Below, piece after piece: positions 38,638 through 48,326 of a stretch of DNA of 64,000 nucleotides (positions are counted from its first letter, which is position 1; every line of letters begins with the position of its first letter). Position numbers and translations under genes: made by a program. The notes under the pieces were generated by a model, which worked only from the letters and a program-made list of their open reading frames with translations, ran no database searches and was not told the origin of the DNA. Where the stretch lies: contig OZ241863.1 in the NCBI GenBank assembly GCA_965203055.1, positions 4,192,001 through 4,256,000 on the forward strand. The letters are read 5' to 3'. Source of the stretch: Spirochaetia bacterium (GTDB taxonomy: Bacteria; Spirochaetota; Spirochaetia; SZUA-6; Bin103).

Positions 38638-38775
38638 GCTCCCTCCAGGTTGCGACAACCGTAGCGCCGCCGGCGCTACGCGGTCAAATTCGTTCCCCGG
38701 GCAGGCAGGCGCGGCGCGCGCTGCGCGACGCCGGCGCCGCGCGCGTGATAGGGTCCGGGCAGGAGCACCAAGAGA

Positions 38776-40542
38776 ATGGCCAGAGCGCGACCCAACTTCG
38801 TCTTCGTCCTCACCGACGACCAGGGCTACGGCGACCTGGGCTGCCACGGCAACAGTGTCATTCGCACCCCCAACCTGGACCGGTTTCACGGCGAGGCGGC
38901 GCGCTTCACCGACTTCCACGTCGGCACCACCTGCGCCCCGACGCGCGCCGGCCTGCTCACCGGTCATTTCTGCAACAGCGCCGGGGTGTGGCACACCATC
39001 GGCGGCCGCTCCCTGCTGCGGGAGGACGAGTGGACGCTGGCCGACGCCCTGCGCGGGGCGGGCTACCGGACCGCGCAGTTCGGCAAGTGGCACCTGGGCG
39101 ACAGCCAGCCGTTCCGCCCCCACGAGCGCGGCTTCGAGCACGCCGTCTACCACAACGGGGGCGGCATCGGCAACGTCGGCGATCCCTGGGGCAACGACTA
39201 CTTCGACGACACCTACTACGTGAACGGCGTCCCGCGCAAGTTCACCGGCTACTGCACCGACGTGTTCTTTGGCGAGGCCCTGCGCTTCATCGAAGAGCAT
39301 CGCGCGCAGCCGTTCTATTGCCATATCGCCACCAACGCCCCGCACGGCCCGCTCAACGTGGAGCCCCACTACGCGGCGAGCTACGCGGACTCCACCCCGC
39401 ACGAGGAGCGGGCGCGGTTCTACGGGATGATCACCAACATCGACGAGAACGTCGGGAGGTTGCTGCGGCGGTTGGACGAACTCGGACTGGCGGCCGACAC
39501 GATCGTGGTGTTCATGACCGACAACGGCACCGCCACCGGGGTGGAACCGGACGCGCAGGGCTTCCCGCGGGAGGGGCCCGGCAGCTTCAACGCCGGGATG
39601 CGCGGCAAGAAGGGTTCCCCCTACGAAGGGGGGCATCGCGTGCCGTTCTTCCTGCGCTACCCGGGCGGCGGCTTCGGCGGCGGCCGCGACGTGGAGCAGC
39701 TCACCAGCTACGTCGACTTCATGCCCACCATTCTGGATCTGTGCGGGGTTGCGCCGCCGGCGGAGCGTTCATTCCACGGCCGCAGCCTGGCGCCGCTGCT
39801 GCGCGGCGTGGATGACGGCACCTGGTCCGAGCGCACCATGGTGACCGACACGCAGCGCATCGCCCACCCCGCCAAGTGGCGCCTGAGCACGGTGATGCGC
39901 GGCCCGTGGCGCCTGGTGCACGGGCTGGAGTTGTACCACCTGGGACAGGATCCGGGCCAGCGGTGCGACGTTGCCGCCGACCATCCCGCGCTGGTGGCGG
40001 AGCTGCGCCGCGGCTACGAGGAGTGGTGGGAGCTGGTCTCCGAGCAGTTCGGGCGCGACGTGCCGATGGTGATCGGCGGCACCCCTGAGCCGGTGCGGCT
40101 TACCACTCACGACCTGCGCAACGAGGCCTGCAACGGCGCCTGGAACCAGCGCCAGGTGCGGGAGGGACACGTCGCCGGCGGCTATTGGGCGCTCGACGTG
40201 CGCCGCGCCGGCCGCTACCGCGTCGAGCTGCGGCGCTGGCCGGAGGAGGTCGGCTACGCCCTGGACGCCGGAATCGACGGCGACGACGTGGAGTGGCGCC
40301 GGGACGCCGTGCAGGAGCGCGACGCGCCGCACTACCGCGGCGGCGTGGCGCTGCCGATCGGCTGGGCGGTGCTCACGGTCGGCGGCCGGGACTATCACCT
40401 GGAGACCCCGTCGGGCGACGCCGCGGCGCGGTTCGAGGTGACCCTCCGGGCGGGCCCCACCCAGCTAGTCGCGGCCTTTCACGACCGGCAGGAGCGGACC
40501 ATCGCCTCCTACTACGTTACCGTCCGGCCGGCGGACGGCTGA
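38776..40542 (+). CDS. Arylsulfatase
   Basis: PNFVFVLTDDQG, CAPTRAGLLTG (CxPxR), GKWHLG, TDNG, YEGGHRVP. Confidence 0.93.
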   Translation: MARARPNFVFVLTDDQGYGDLGCHGNSVIRTPNLDRFHGEAARFTDFHVGTTCAPTRAGLLTGHFCNSAGVWHTIGGRSLLREDEWTLADALRGAGYRTAQFGKWHLGDSQPFRPHERGFEHAVYHNGGGIGNVGDPWGNDYFDDTYYVNGVPRKFTGYCTDVFFGEALRFIEEHRAQPFYCHIATNAPHGPLNVEPHYAASYADSTPHEERARFYGMITNIDENVGRLLRRLDELGLAADTIVVFMTDNGTATGVEPDAQGFPREGPGSFNAGMRGKKGSPYEGGHRVPFFLRYPGGGFGGGRDVEQLTSYVDFMPTILDLCGVAPPAERSFHGRSLAPLLRGVDDGTWSERTMVTDTQRIAHPAKWRLSTVMRGPWRLVHGLELYHLGQDPGQRCDVAADHPALVAELRRGYEEWWELVSEQFGRDVPMVIGGTPEPVRLTTHDLRNEACNGAWNQRQVREGHVAGGYWALDVRRAGRYRVELRRWPEEVGYALDAGIDGDDVEWRRDAVQERDAPHYRGGVALPIGWAVLTVGGRDYHLETPSGDAAARFEVTLRAGPTQLVAAFHDRQERTIASYYVTVRPADG

Positions 40543-40626
40543 GCGCCGCCCGCAACGCCCGGAGCTGCGCCGCCGAGCAGCGCCGCGCTCTCCGGCAGAC
40601 CGCCCGGCGCCTACCGTGCGCCGGCG

Positions 40627-42666
40627 CTACTGCGCGTCGAACACCACCATGCCGTGGCCGTCGCGCAGGGTCACCCGCACGTGGGCGTAGCCGGCGCGGT
40701 ACTCCACCGGCAGGGCCGCGCCGTGCGGTTGCAGCGCTGCCCGGCGGGGCGCGGCCGGCAGCTTGACGGCGAGCCGCTGGTCGAGCAGCGGGACCGCATC
40801 CTCCACGATGTCCAGCCCCTGGGCGCGGCCGCGGGGCTGGTCGAACGACTCCGAGCGCCGCTCGCGGGCGAAGCACAGCAGGTGCACCACGGTGCGCGTC
40901 CCGGCCCGCACCACGCTGGTCTCCAGGAGCGACGGCGCCGCCGGCGCGCGCAGCAGCGGCGCCGGCAGCAGCAGGTCGATGCAGTTGCCCAGCAGCCGGC
41001 GGTGCGCCGGCACGGCGTGGCGCCCGTAGGTGCCCAGGATCGGCAGGGCGAAGGTAATCACCCGGCCGTTGCGCACCACCGCCGAGTAGGGCGAGACGTG
41101 CGCCGGCGGGGTATAGGAGTGGCCCGAGAAGCGCGCGAAGTGACGCTCGAAGTAGGGCTCCACCACGCCGACCAGCGGCTCCGCGGCGCCCGTCGGCCGG
41201 ATGCGCGGGCCGGACTCGTAGGTCACGTGGTCATACCTCGGATTACCGTCCGCCACGGCCGCGGCCAGGCGCAGAAAGGTGTGGGAAAAGGGACTGGGGC
41301 CGCAGCCGGTGACGCCCTGCTCCTCCAACACCGGCTCGCCCTGGGCGGTCAATCCCGCCCGGCCCGAGAGAATCAGCGCGCCGCCCTGCGCCAGGTAGCC
41401 GCGCAGCGCCGCGCGCAGGGTCTCGTCCACGGTGGTGGTCTCCGGCACCAGCACCAGCTCGTAGCGGTCGAGCGGGGCGTCCGGCGGCACCACGTCGAAC
41501 TGCTGCCGGAGCTGCTGCAGCGCGCGGGTAGCGCCCAGACCGGCGGCGCCGGGATCGTCGCCCAGCTCCGGGTCCACCAGCAGCGCGATCTGGCTGAGCA
41601 CGGCGCCGCCGGCAACGAACGGTTCGCACGCCTCGAGATGGGCGTACACCCCGCCGATCAGGTCGTATACCGCCGCCTGCGGGACCCCGCGCGGGTGCAG
41701 CAGATCGCCGATGCCGGCCGTCATGCCCTGGCTCAGCGCCTGGCAACACTCGTACTTCAGCGCCGCCGGCGGCTTGAGGCCGGCGTTGTCGCCCCAGCTC
41801 TTGAAGAAGCGCCCGGTGTGGGTCAGGGTCGGCAGGCCGAAGGGGCGGACGAAGCGCGCCACGTAGGGGAAGTAGGCGTAGCCCCAGCCGCCGGTGGGCA
41901 GCGCCTCGATCTCCACCCGGCGCAGGAACTGCTTCTCCACCTGCAGGTTGGTCTTGGGGCGCGAGTTGAACCAGATGCCGAAGTGGTCGGCGCCCGCGCC
42001 CGCGGTCTCCACCATGGCGCTGAAGCGGCGCATGTAGTCGAGCGCGACCTGCCGGGCGTAGCGCGCCCGGTGCTCGGCCAGGCGCGGGTCCAGGTTGCGC
42101 CGCGCCATCCCCTCCAGCGCCCACCTGGACACGCTCGGCTGATCCCAGCACATGTCGAGGAAGATGCCGTCCACCGGGCGGTAGAGGTCCAGGATCTCCT
42201 TGATCTGCTCCGCCAGGTACTCCTGGTAGGGACTCGACATGTCCAGCACCTGCCAGCCTGCGTGCAGCGCCGCGCCCTGGTCGCCGGGCCAGTCGCGCGG
42301 CAGGTGCTTGACCCGGCGGCCGTCGGGATCGATGGCCACCCACTCGGGATGCGTGTTGGCGGCGTACTCGTTGACCTGGCCGGAGATGTAGATGGGCGCG
42401 CGCAGGCCGGCGCGGCGCAGCGCCTCGATCTGGGAGCCGGTCAGGTCCAGGCCGGGGGGCAGGTTGGGGTGCCGGCAGGGATGGCCGGTGCGATAGTAGG
42501 CGTGCCCGTGATGGCAGGTGGCGAACACCGTGACGCTGTCCACGTGAGCATCCTTGAAGGTCTGCGCGAAGCGCTCGGCGGCGAAGTCCCGCGCCACGTC
42601 CGGGACCTCCGGTCCGGTGTGGAAGTCGAGGTGGACGGTGCGCAGCGGGAAGGAGAAGTCGGGCAT
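40627..42666 (-). CDS. Putative glycoside hydrolase (TIM barrel plus beta-galactosidase trimerisation-like domain)
   Basis: VHLDFHT, FATCHHG, DGIFLD, EALPTGGWGY, RFFKSWGD, IGDLLHPRG. Confidence 0.7.
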   Translation of the reverse strand: MPDFSFPLRTVHLDFHTGPEVPDVARDFAAERFAQTFKDAHVDSVTVFATCHHGHAYYRTGHPCRHPNLPPGLDLTGSQIEALRRAGLRAPIYISGQVNEYAANTHPEWVAIDPDGRRVKHLPRDWPGDQGAALHAGWQVLDMSSPYQEYLAEQIKEILDLYRPVDGIFLDMCWDQPSVSRWALEGMARRNLDPRLAEHRARYARQVALDYMRRFSAMVETAGAGADHFGIWFNSRPKTNLQVEKQFLRRVEIEALPTGGWGYAYFPYVARFVRPFGLPTLTHTGRFFKSWGDNAGLKPPAALKYECCQALSQGMTAGIGDLLHPRGVPQAAVYDLIGGVYAHLEACEPFVAGGAVLSQIALLVDPELGDDPGAAGLGATRALQQLRQQFDVVPPDAPLDRYELVLVPETTTVDETLRAALRGYLAQGGALILSGRAGLTAQGEPVLEEQGVTGCGPSPFSHTFLRLAAAVADGNPRYDHVTYESGPRIRPTGAAEPLVGVVEPYFERHFARFSGHSYTPPAHVSPYSAVVRNGRVITFALPILGTYGRHAVPAHRRLLGNCIDLLLPAPLLRAPAAPSLLETSVVRAGTRTVVHLLCFARERRSESFDQPRGRAQGLDIVEDAVPLLDQRLAVKLPAAPRRAALQPHGAALPVEYRAGYAHVRVTLRDGHGMVVFDAQ

Positions 42667-42863
42667 GGGCCGGAGCCTACCCGGCCGCGCGCGCGACCGG
42701 CAAGCGCTTCTCCGCGCTCCGGCGCCTCGTTCCTGCGCCGGCGCCGCGGCTTCAACCTGCGGCCCGCCGCCGCAGGTTGAAACCGGAAAGGCGGTACCGG
42801 GGGGTCGGTTTTGCCGGCGCCGGGGTCGATGATCTGAATAGACCGCCCGTAGCCCGACCGTCC

Positions 42864-43868
42864 ATGACTGCCCAGTCTCGCATCATTCTCGCAATCTCGG
42901 TCCTTACCGGCGTCGTCCTCGCCGGCACCGCGGGGTTCATGGTGATCGAAGGGTGGACCTTCGGCGACAGTCTCTTCATGGCGGTGATCACCGTGTCCAC
43001 GGTAGGTTACGGCGAGGTGCAGCCGCTGTCCCCCGCCGGGCGCGTGGTTGCCGTGGGGGTCATCCTGCTCGCGGTGGCGGCCCTCGGCTACTCGGCGACC
43101 ACCATCGGCGCCTATCTGGCCGAGGGACACCTGCTGCACGACTTCAGGAGGAGGCGCATGCAACGCACGATTCGCGGGCTCGACGACCACTACATCATCT
43201 GCGGCGGCGGCCGGTTCGGCCGCGAGGTGGCGGCCGAGTTCAGCCGCTCGCGCGCCAGCTACGTGGTGGTGGATCTGGCCCCGGACGAGTGCGACATGGC
43301 CGGGTTCGCAGGCGCGGTGTTCGTGCCCGGAGACGCGGGCAACGATGACGTGCTGCGGGCGGCCCGCGTCGACTGCGCGCGCGGGCTGGTGGCCGCGCTG
43401 CCGGCGGACGACGCCAACCTGTTCGTGGTGCTGACCGCGCGCCAACTCAACCGCGAGCTGACCATCATCGCCCAGGCGATCGAGCAGCGCTCCATCGAGA
43501 AACTGCGGCTGGCCGGCGCCAATCAGGTGCTGTCACCCTACCGCATCGCCGGTCACAGCATGGCCTCGGCCCTGCTGCGCCCCACGGTGGTGGACTTCAT
43601 CGACGTGGCGCACCGCGAACGCGCCGGCTTGCAGATCGAGGAGGTGCTGGTGCCGGCGCAATCGCCGCTGATCGGCAGCTCGATCCGGGAGGCGAAGGTG
43701 AGCGACCGCACCGGCGCCACCGTGATGGCCATGCAGACCGCGTCCGGCGACTGGGTCAATACCTCCGAGTCAGCTACCCTGCTGACCACGCCGATCCGGG
43801 CGCGGAACGTGCTGATCGCGGTAGGCACCGACGACCAACTGAACGCCCTGCGCCGCCTGGTAGACTGA
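42864..43868 (+). CDS. Potassium channel protein with TrkA-N/TrkA-C (RCK) domains
   Basis: TVSTVGYGE selectivity filter, ICGGGRFG, AGANQVLSPY. Confidence 0.92.
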   Translation: MTAQSRIILAISVLTGVVLAGTAGFMVIEGWTFGDSLFMAVITVSTVGYGEVQPLSPAGRVVAVGVILLAVAALGYSATTIGAYLAEGHLLHDFRRRRMQRTIRGLDDHYIICGGGRFGREVAAEFSRSRASYVVVDLAPDECDMAGFAGAVFVPGDAGNDDVLRAARVDCARGLVAALPADDANLFVVLTARQLNRELTIIAQAIEQRSIEKLRLAGANQVLSPYRIAGHSMASALLRPTVVDFIDVAHRERAGLQIEEVLVPAQSPLIGSSIREAKVSDRTGATVMAMQTASGDWVNTSESATLLTTPIRARNVLIAVGTDDQLNALRRLVD

Positions 43869-43880
43869 ATCCCCTGATCC

Positions 43881-43923
43881 GGAGGACGGAAACGGCGTCG
43901 GATGCAGGCCGCTTCCGTCCTCC
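43881..43923. terminator. Hairpin between convergent genes (probable terminator)
   Basis: GGAGGACGGAA...TTCCGTCCTCC stem; no U-tract. Confidence 0.55.
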
Positions 43924-43930
43924 CAAGAGC

Positions 43931-45121
43931 CTACGCGGCGAGCATCCCGTGGGGGTCGATGACGAACTTCTTGGCCGCGCCGCGGTCGAAGTCCTGGTAG
44001 CCCTGCGGCCCCTCGTCCAGCGAAATCACCGTCACCCCGACGTTATCGGCCACGCTCACCTTGTCGTACAGGATCGCCTGCATGAGCTGGCGGTTGTAGC
44101 GCATCACCGGGCACTGGCCGGTGGTGAAGTGATGGGACTTGGCCCAGCCGAGACCGATGCGGATTCCGAGGTTGCCGATCTTGGCGTTGGCGTCGACGCC
44201 GCCGGGATCGCCGGTCACGTAGAGTCCCGGAATGCCGATGCCGCCGCCGGCGCGGGTCACTTCCATGACCGAGTTGAGCACCGTCGCCGGCTGCTCCACC
44301 ACCGCGTCCTTGCCGTGGCCGCGCGCTTCGAAGCCGACGCAGTCCACCGCCTGATCCACTTCCGGCTCGCCCACGATCTGTTCGATCTGCTCGCCCAGGG
44401 TGGCGTCCAGGCGCAAGTCCACGGTCTCGCAGCCGAAGCTGCGCGCCTGCTCCAGGCGCTCCGGGATCATGTCGCCGACGATCACCAGCGCGGCGCCCAG
44501 GAGCTGGCAGCCGGTGGCGCAGGCCAGGCCCACCGGGCCGCCGCCGGCCACGTAGACGATCGAACCGGGCCCCACGCCGGCGCTGCAGGCGCCGTGGAAT
44601 CCGGTGGGGAAGATGTCGGAGAGCAGCGTCAGGTCGCGGATCTTGGCCATGGTGACGTCGCGTTCCGGCAGCTTGAGCAGGTTGAAGTCGGCGTACGGCA
44701 CCATTACGTACTCCGCCTGGCCGCCGACCCAGCCGCCCATGTCCACGTAGCCGTAGGCGGCGCCGGGACGGGCGGGATTCACGTGCAGGCAGATGCCGGT
44801 CTTCCCCTCCTTGCAGTTGCGGCAGCGCCCGCAGGCAATGTTGAACGGCACCGACACGATGTCGCCCACCTCGATGAACTCGACGTCATGGCCCGCTTCG
44901 ATCACCTCGCCGGTGATCTCATGGCCCAGGATCAGGCCGGCGGGCGCGGTGGTGCGGCCGCGCACCATGTGCTGGTCGCTGCCGCAGATGTTGGTGGAGA
45001 CGATCTTGAGAATGACCCCATGGTCGCACTTGCGGTCTCCCAGCGCGAGCTCGGGATAGTCGATGGTCTGAATCTCCACGACCCCCGGCTTGACGTAGGC
45101 AAGCCCTCTGTTACCAGGCAT
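43931..45121 (-). CDS. fdhA: Glutathione-independent formaldehyde dehydrogenase
   Basis: NICGSDQHMVRGRT, GHEITGE, CGRCRNC, YGYVDMGGWVGGQAEY, SDIFPTG, KKFVIDPH. Confidence 0.93.
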   Translation of the reverse strand: MPGNRGLAYVKPGVVEIQTIDYPELALGDRKCDHGVILKIVSTNICGSDQHMVRGRTTAPAGLILGHEITGEVIEAGHDVEFIEVGDIVSVPFNIACGRCRNCKEGKTGICLHVNPARPGAAYGYVDMGGWVGGQAEYVMVPYADFNLLKLPERDVTMAKIRDLTLLSDIFPTGFHGACSAGVGPGSIVYVAGGGPVGLACATGCQLLGAALVIVGDMIPERLEQARSFGCETVDLRLDATLGEQIEQIVGEPEVDQAVDCVGFEARGHGKDAVVEQPATVLNSVMEVTRAGGGIGIPGLYVTGDPGGVDANAKIGNLGIRIGLGWAKSHHFTTGQCPVMRYNRQLMQAILYDKVSVADNVGVTVISLDEGPQGYQDFDRGAAKKFVIDPHGMLAA

Positions 45122-45227
45122 GTGTACCTCCCCTGGATGGTTTTGGCCGATGCTACCACCGGAACCGGCGGCGCGCCACACGGTGCGCCCGCAGCCCGCA
45201 GCCGGCCGCGCCGGACGAGGGGCGCCG

Positions 45228-45446
45228 TCAGCGCGCGGCGCCGGCGCCGGTCTCCTCTTCGGCTTCCTCTTCGTCGGCCTCATCTTCCACGTCCCCGGGA
45301 AGATTGAGGCCGCGGTACTCTGCGATCAGCGTCTCCGTGTCATGCTCCACCGGATTCGCTCTCCGTTCGCGCTTGCGTTCGCGCCGCTCGGCGCGCGCCA
45401 GTTCCCGGCGCCGCTTCTGCGCACTGTGCTTGGAGCGTCTTGCCAC
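45228..45446 (-). CDS. Small hypothetical protein, basic N-half and acidic C-half
   Basis: GAAGGGGGA RBS before GTG; KRRRELARAERRERKRERR...EDEADEEEAEEE. Confidence 0.6.
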   Translation of the reverse strand: MARRSKHSAQKRRRELARAERRERKRERRANPVEHDTETLIAEYRGLNLPGDVEDEADEEEAEEETGAGAAR

Positions 45447-45779
45447 CTGTCCCCCTTCGGTAGGTCGGAGCCGCACGGCCTAGTCTGGCTCGCTTGGTAC
45501 GGGCAGATGCTCGCGGCGCCTTACTTCCTCTCAGTAGCAGCAAGAATACCATAGGTCCACTGCGTCCACAAGCGCAACCGGCAGGCAGGCGCACCGACGC
45601 GGCCCCGAACAGCCTCGGCAGCATGGAATTTCCTGGCAGGCAACCGAACCGGCGCCGACGATGACGCTCCACTACCCAACCTTCAAAGCGGATGGGCGGC
45701 GAGCCGCACGACCGGCTGGTGCTCCACTTGCACCGTTTGAGCAGATGGAGTCGGTCGTCACCGCCACGATCGGCCATAA

Positions 45780-46184
45780 TCACGACTCTGTGACGATCAC
45801 AAGTCCGCTAATATCCTCAAAGTGCCGGGGGTTATGTGTTACTAGAGGCATCTCATGGCGTACGGCACACGCTGCAATCCATGCATCGTTCGGGGAAATG
45901 GGACTTCCGTGCCCTTGTCGCTCCGCGACCAATCGGCCGTAGCAGCGCGCGATTCTGTCGTCATACGGAATGACATAAAATCTACGTAATAGACGCTCGA
46001 GAGCCTTCAGTTTGTCCTCGCTCCAGCGAGCCTTCTCAGCACCGAAATAGAGCTCACCAATAGTGATGAAAGCGACAGTCTGCAGTCTCCCCTGGAGGTG
46101 TCTTTCATACTTCATCGCGAGTGAGTGGCCTTTCATAATATACGATACGATGTTTGTGTCGAGGACCAATCGATCGGGTTTCAT
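45780..46184 (-). CDS. vapC: PIN domain toxin
   Basis: LDTNIVS, ITIGELYFG, NDAWIAA, LVTHN..HF. Confidence 0.9.
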   Translation of the reverse strand: MKPDRLVLDTNIVSYIMKGHSLAMKYERHLQGRLQTVAFITIGELYFGAEKARWSEDKLKALERLLRRFYVIPYDDRIARCYGRLVAERQGHGSPISPNDAWIAACAVRHEMPLVTHNPRHFEDISGLVIVTES

Positions 46185-46849
46185 GGATCCTCGTGCCCGT
46201 AATCAGAATGGCGCAGAGCGTCGATCTCCGCCTCAAAGTCGTCGCTTTCATCACCTGGCCACGTGCCGTAAAGCTCTCTAATGTCTGATAACGGCTCTAC
46301 GTTCTGTGAACGCAACAACGTATCCAGATCTGGAGAATCCCAGAACGAATAACCCATTTCGGCCGGTATCGAGTAGCCTGCTTGATCTTCTTTCGGAGTT
46401 CTTACCGTTGGATAGTCATCTATGTCAGAATCGTTGAGATTCCAGCTCCTTCGGAGCTGCTCTGCGCGATCGCTCTGCTTCCGGGCTTGCTGTTGATTTT
46501 CCGTCAGTACAGGTGCAGTCTTCAGTTGGGAGTATATTCGTTTCAAGTCGTCGTCACTGTAAGGTGTGGTGTCTCTGACCACCTCAAGTTGACGGGGATA
46601 GTCGGCGCGCCGACGCAGTAGCAAACGAGCAAAGATTACGAGTTCGTCACCGGCAATGGCATGCAGTCGCGCGATGAGTCGGAAGGGCCGGCCGACCTTT
46701 TTTTTGAGTACGGTGGCTGACAGAAAGTCGAAACCCGAAAGATTTTGGGCCGTTTCGATCTGCTCCTTTATCTTACTGAGTCGTGATTCAAGGCCAAGGC
46801 CCTGTGCCTCTGTTCTGCATTCGTCGGTGATATGTACGTAACGGGTCAC
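46181..46849 (-). CDS. Hypothetical protein coupled to vapC (acidic antitoxin-like C-terminus, possible RelE-like N-terminus)
   Basis: AAGGAG RBS before GTG 46849; ATGA overlap with vapC; lower GC than flanks; promoter TTGACA-18-TATGGT (46956-46927). Confidence 0.65.
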   Translation of the reverse strand: MTRYVHITDECRTEAQGLGLESRLSKIKEQIETAQNLSGFDFLSATVLKKKVGRPFRLIARLHAIAGDELVIFARLLLRRRADYPRQLEVVRDTTPYSDDDLKRIYSQLKTAPVLTENQQQARKQSDRAEQLRRSWNLNDSDIDDYPTVRTPKEDQAGYSIPAEMGYSFWDSPDLDTLLRSQNVEPLSDIRELYGTWPGDESDDFEAEIDALRHSDYGHEDP

Positions 46850-46968
46850 GTATCGACTCCTTGGCTCAACGCCGCGCCTTGAACAGGGAACGGGCATCGT
46901 ACATCGTCAAGCAGTTGATCTAACAAACCATAGGGAGGACGTGCGCCGTGTGTCAAACGGCTCGGTAG

Positions 46969-47751
46969 TTAGTCGAAGAAGCCCTTGGGGGCGGCGGCGG
47001 CCTCCAGCTCGGCCACCTGCTGCGCCATCCAGGCGTCGTAGCCGCTGCGGTCGTGCACGGTAAAGAAGCCGCGCATGCGGTAGTGGCCCAGGCCGCAGAG
47101 CTGGGCGCAGGCGATCTCCCACTCGCCGGTCTCGGTAGCGGTAAAGCTCAAGGGGATGGTCATGCCGGGAATGGCGTCCTGCTTGACCCGCATTTCCGGG
47201 AGAAAGAAGCTGTGCACCACGTCGAAGCTCAGCAGCTCGATGCGGACCGCGGTGTCCACCGGCACGTGGAGCTGGTTTATCGTGGTGATGTCGTCCTTGG
47301 CGAACACGTCGTTGCGGTCCAGCCCCAGAGGGTTGACCTCGGCATCCACCAGGTCCACGGCGGTAGCGCCGAACACGCCGTCGGCGCCCGGGTAGTGGAT
47401 GTTCCAGGCGAATTGCTGGCCCACCACGCGGATGGTGAGCGCCTCGTCCGCGGGGACCGGATTGGCCACCTGCCGCGCCCACACCGGAACCGACAGGCCG
47501 AACAGCAACGCCACTTCGATGACCGCCACCGCGCCTTCGACGTAACGCGACAGATGGCTGTGGGTGCCGTGATAGTTGGCGCGCGGCTGCTTGCGCCGGC
47601 GGAACCGCACCAGGATGTAGCAGAAGAAGATCCCCCAGCCCACGAACAGCACCAGCATCAGCAGGTGCACCCAGCCGATCAGGGAGTCGACCTGCCCGGC
47701 GTGGGCGGAGGCCGCCGGCGGCAGCCCCAGGGAGCGTGCGAACTCGATCAT
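46969..47751 (-). CDS. ctaC: Cytochrome c oxidase subunit II
   Basis: Two TM helices, QFAWNIHY, DVVHSF, KQDAIPG, CAQLCGLGHYRM (CuA site). Confidence 0.93.
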   Translation of the reverse strand: MIEFARSLGLPPAASAHAGQVDSLIGWVHLLMLVLFVGWGIFFCYILVRFRRRKQPRANYHGTHSHLSRYVEGAVAVIEVALLFGLSVPVWARQVANPVPADEALTIRVVGQQFAWNIHYPGADGVFGATAVDLVDAEVNPLGLDRNDVFAKDDITTINQLHVPVDTAVRIELLSFDVVHSFFLPEMRVKQDAIPGMTIPLSFTATETGEWEIACAQLCGLGHYRMRGFFTVHDRSGYDAWMAQQVAELEAAAAPKGFFD

Positions 47752-47752
47752 C

Positions 47753-48064
47753 TCAAGGTGCCTCCGTAGCCTGGCCGTGCAGCCGCCGCACGTGCAGCCG
47801 CCGCGCCCGCCGGCGCGCGGCGATCAGGAACGCGCCCATGCCGGCGAACACCAGGCCCACCATCGCCAGCAGCAGCAGGATTCCGGCCTGCAGCCCCTGC
47901 ATCGCCGCCGGCTCCGCGGCGCCGAAGCAGACCGCGCAGGCCGCGGCCGGCGGCGCCGCCAGCACGCTCAGCAGCCACCCCGCCGCGCCCGCGGCCGGCA
48001 ACGCCGCCAGGCGGCGCGCGCCGCGGCGCGTCAGGCGCGCCTCCCTGCCGCGGCGGTCGCCCAT
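47753..48064 (-). CDS. Small membrane protein with ACAVCFG motif
   Basis: Packed within the cox operon; CxxC followed by a TM helix. Confidence 0.65.
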   Translation of the reverse strand: MGDRRGREARLTRRGARRLAALPAAGAAGWLLSVLAAPPAAACAVCFGAAEPAAMQGLQAGILLLLAMVGLVFAGMGAFLIAARRRARRLHVRRLHGQATEAP

Positions 48065-48265
48065 TCAACGCACCTCCCGGAGGGCGGCCAGTACGCGCCG
48101 CTCCAGCGCCAGCACGCCGAGCAGGGCCAGCGCGGCGCCGGTACCGCCGGCGATGGCCAGCACCGGGTCGCGGTTGGCGAAATGGGCGAAGCACCACACC
48201 GACAGGAACGCCAGCCCCGCGCAGGCGCAGGCGATGAACACCACGTGGACCACCTTCAACGACAT
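48065..48265 (-). CDS. Small two-TM membrane protein
   Basis: MSLKVVHVVFI...; directly abuts the next gene. Confidence 0.65.
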   Translation of the reverse strand: MSLKVVHVVFIACACAGLAFLSVWCFAHFANRDPVLAIAGGTGAALALLGVLALERRVLAALREVR

Positions 48266-48326
48266 CCGCGCCCCCGCCGGCCGCCGGCCGCTCCGGCCAC
48301 CCGGACCAGCTTCCGCGCCGGGCGCG

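Noticed and set aside
42781..42863. c-di-AMP (ydaO) riboswitch upstream of the K+ channel
   Set aside because: The conserved GCTGAATC/GGGGTGAATC and CAGCTAAC elements are missing.
45340..45783. 147-aa minus-strand ORF downstream of vapC
   Set aside because: No recognisable motif and it overlaps the better-supported small gene. It may be decayed island sequence.
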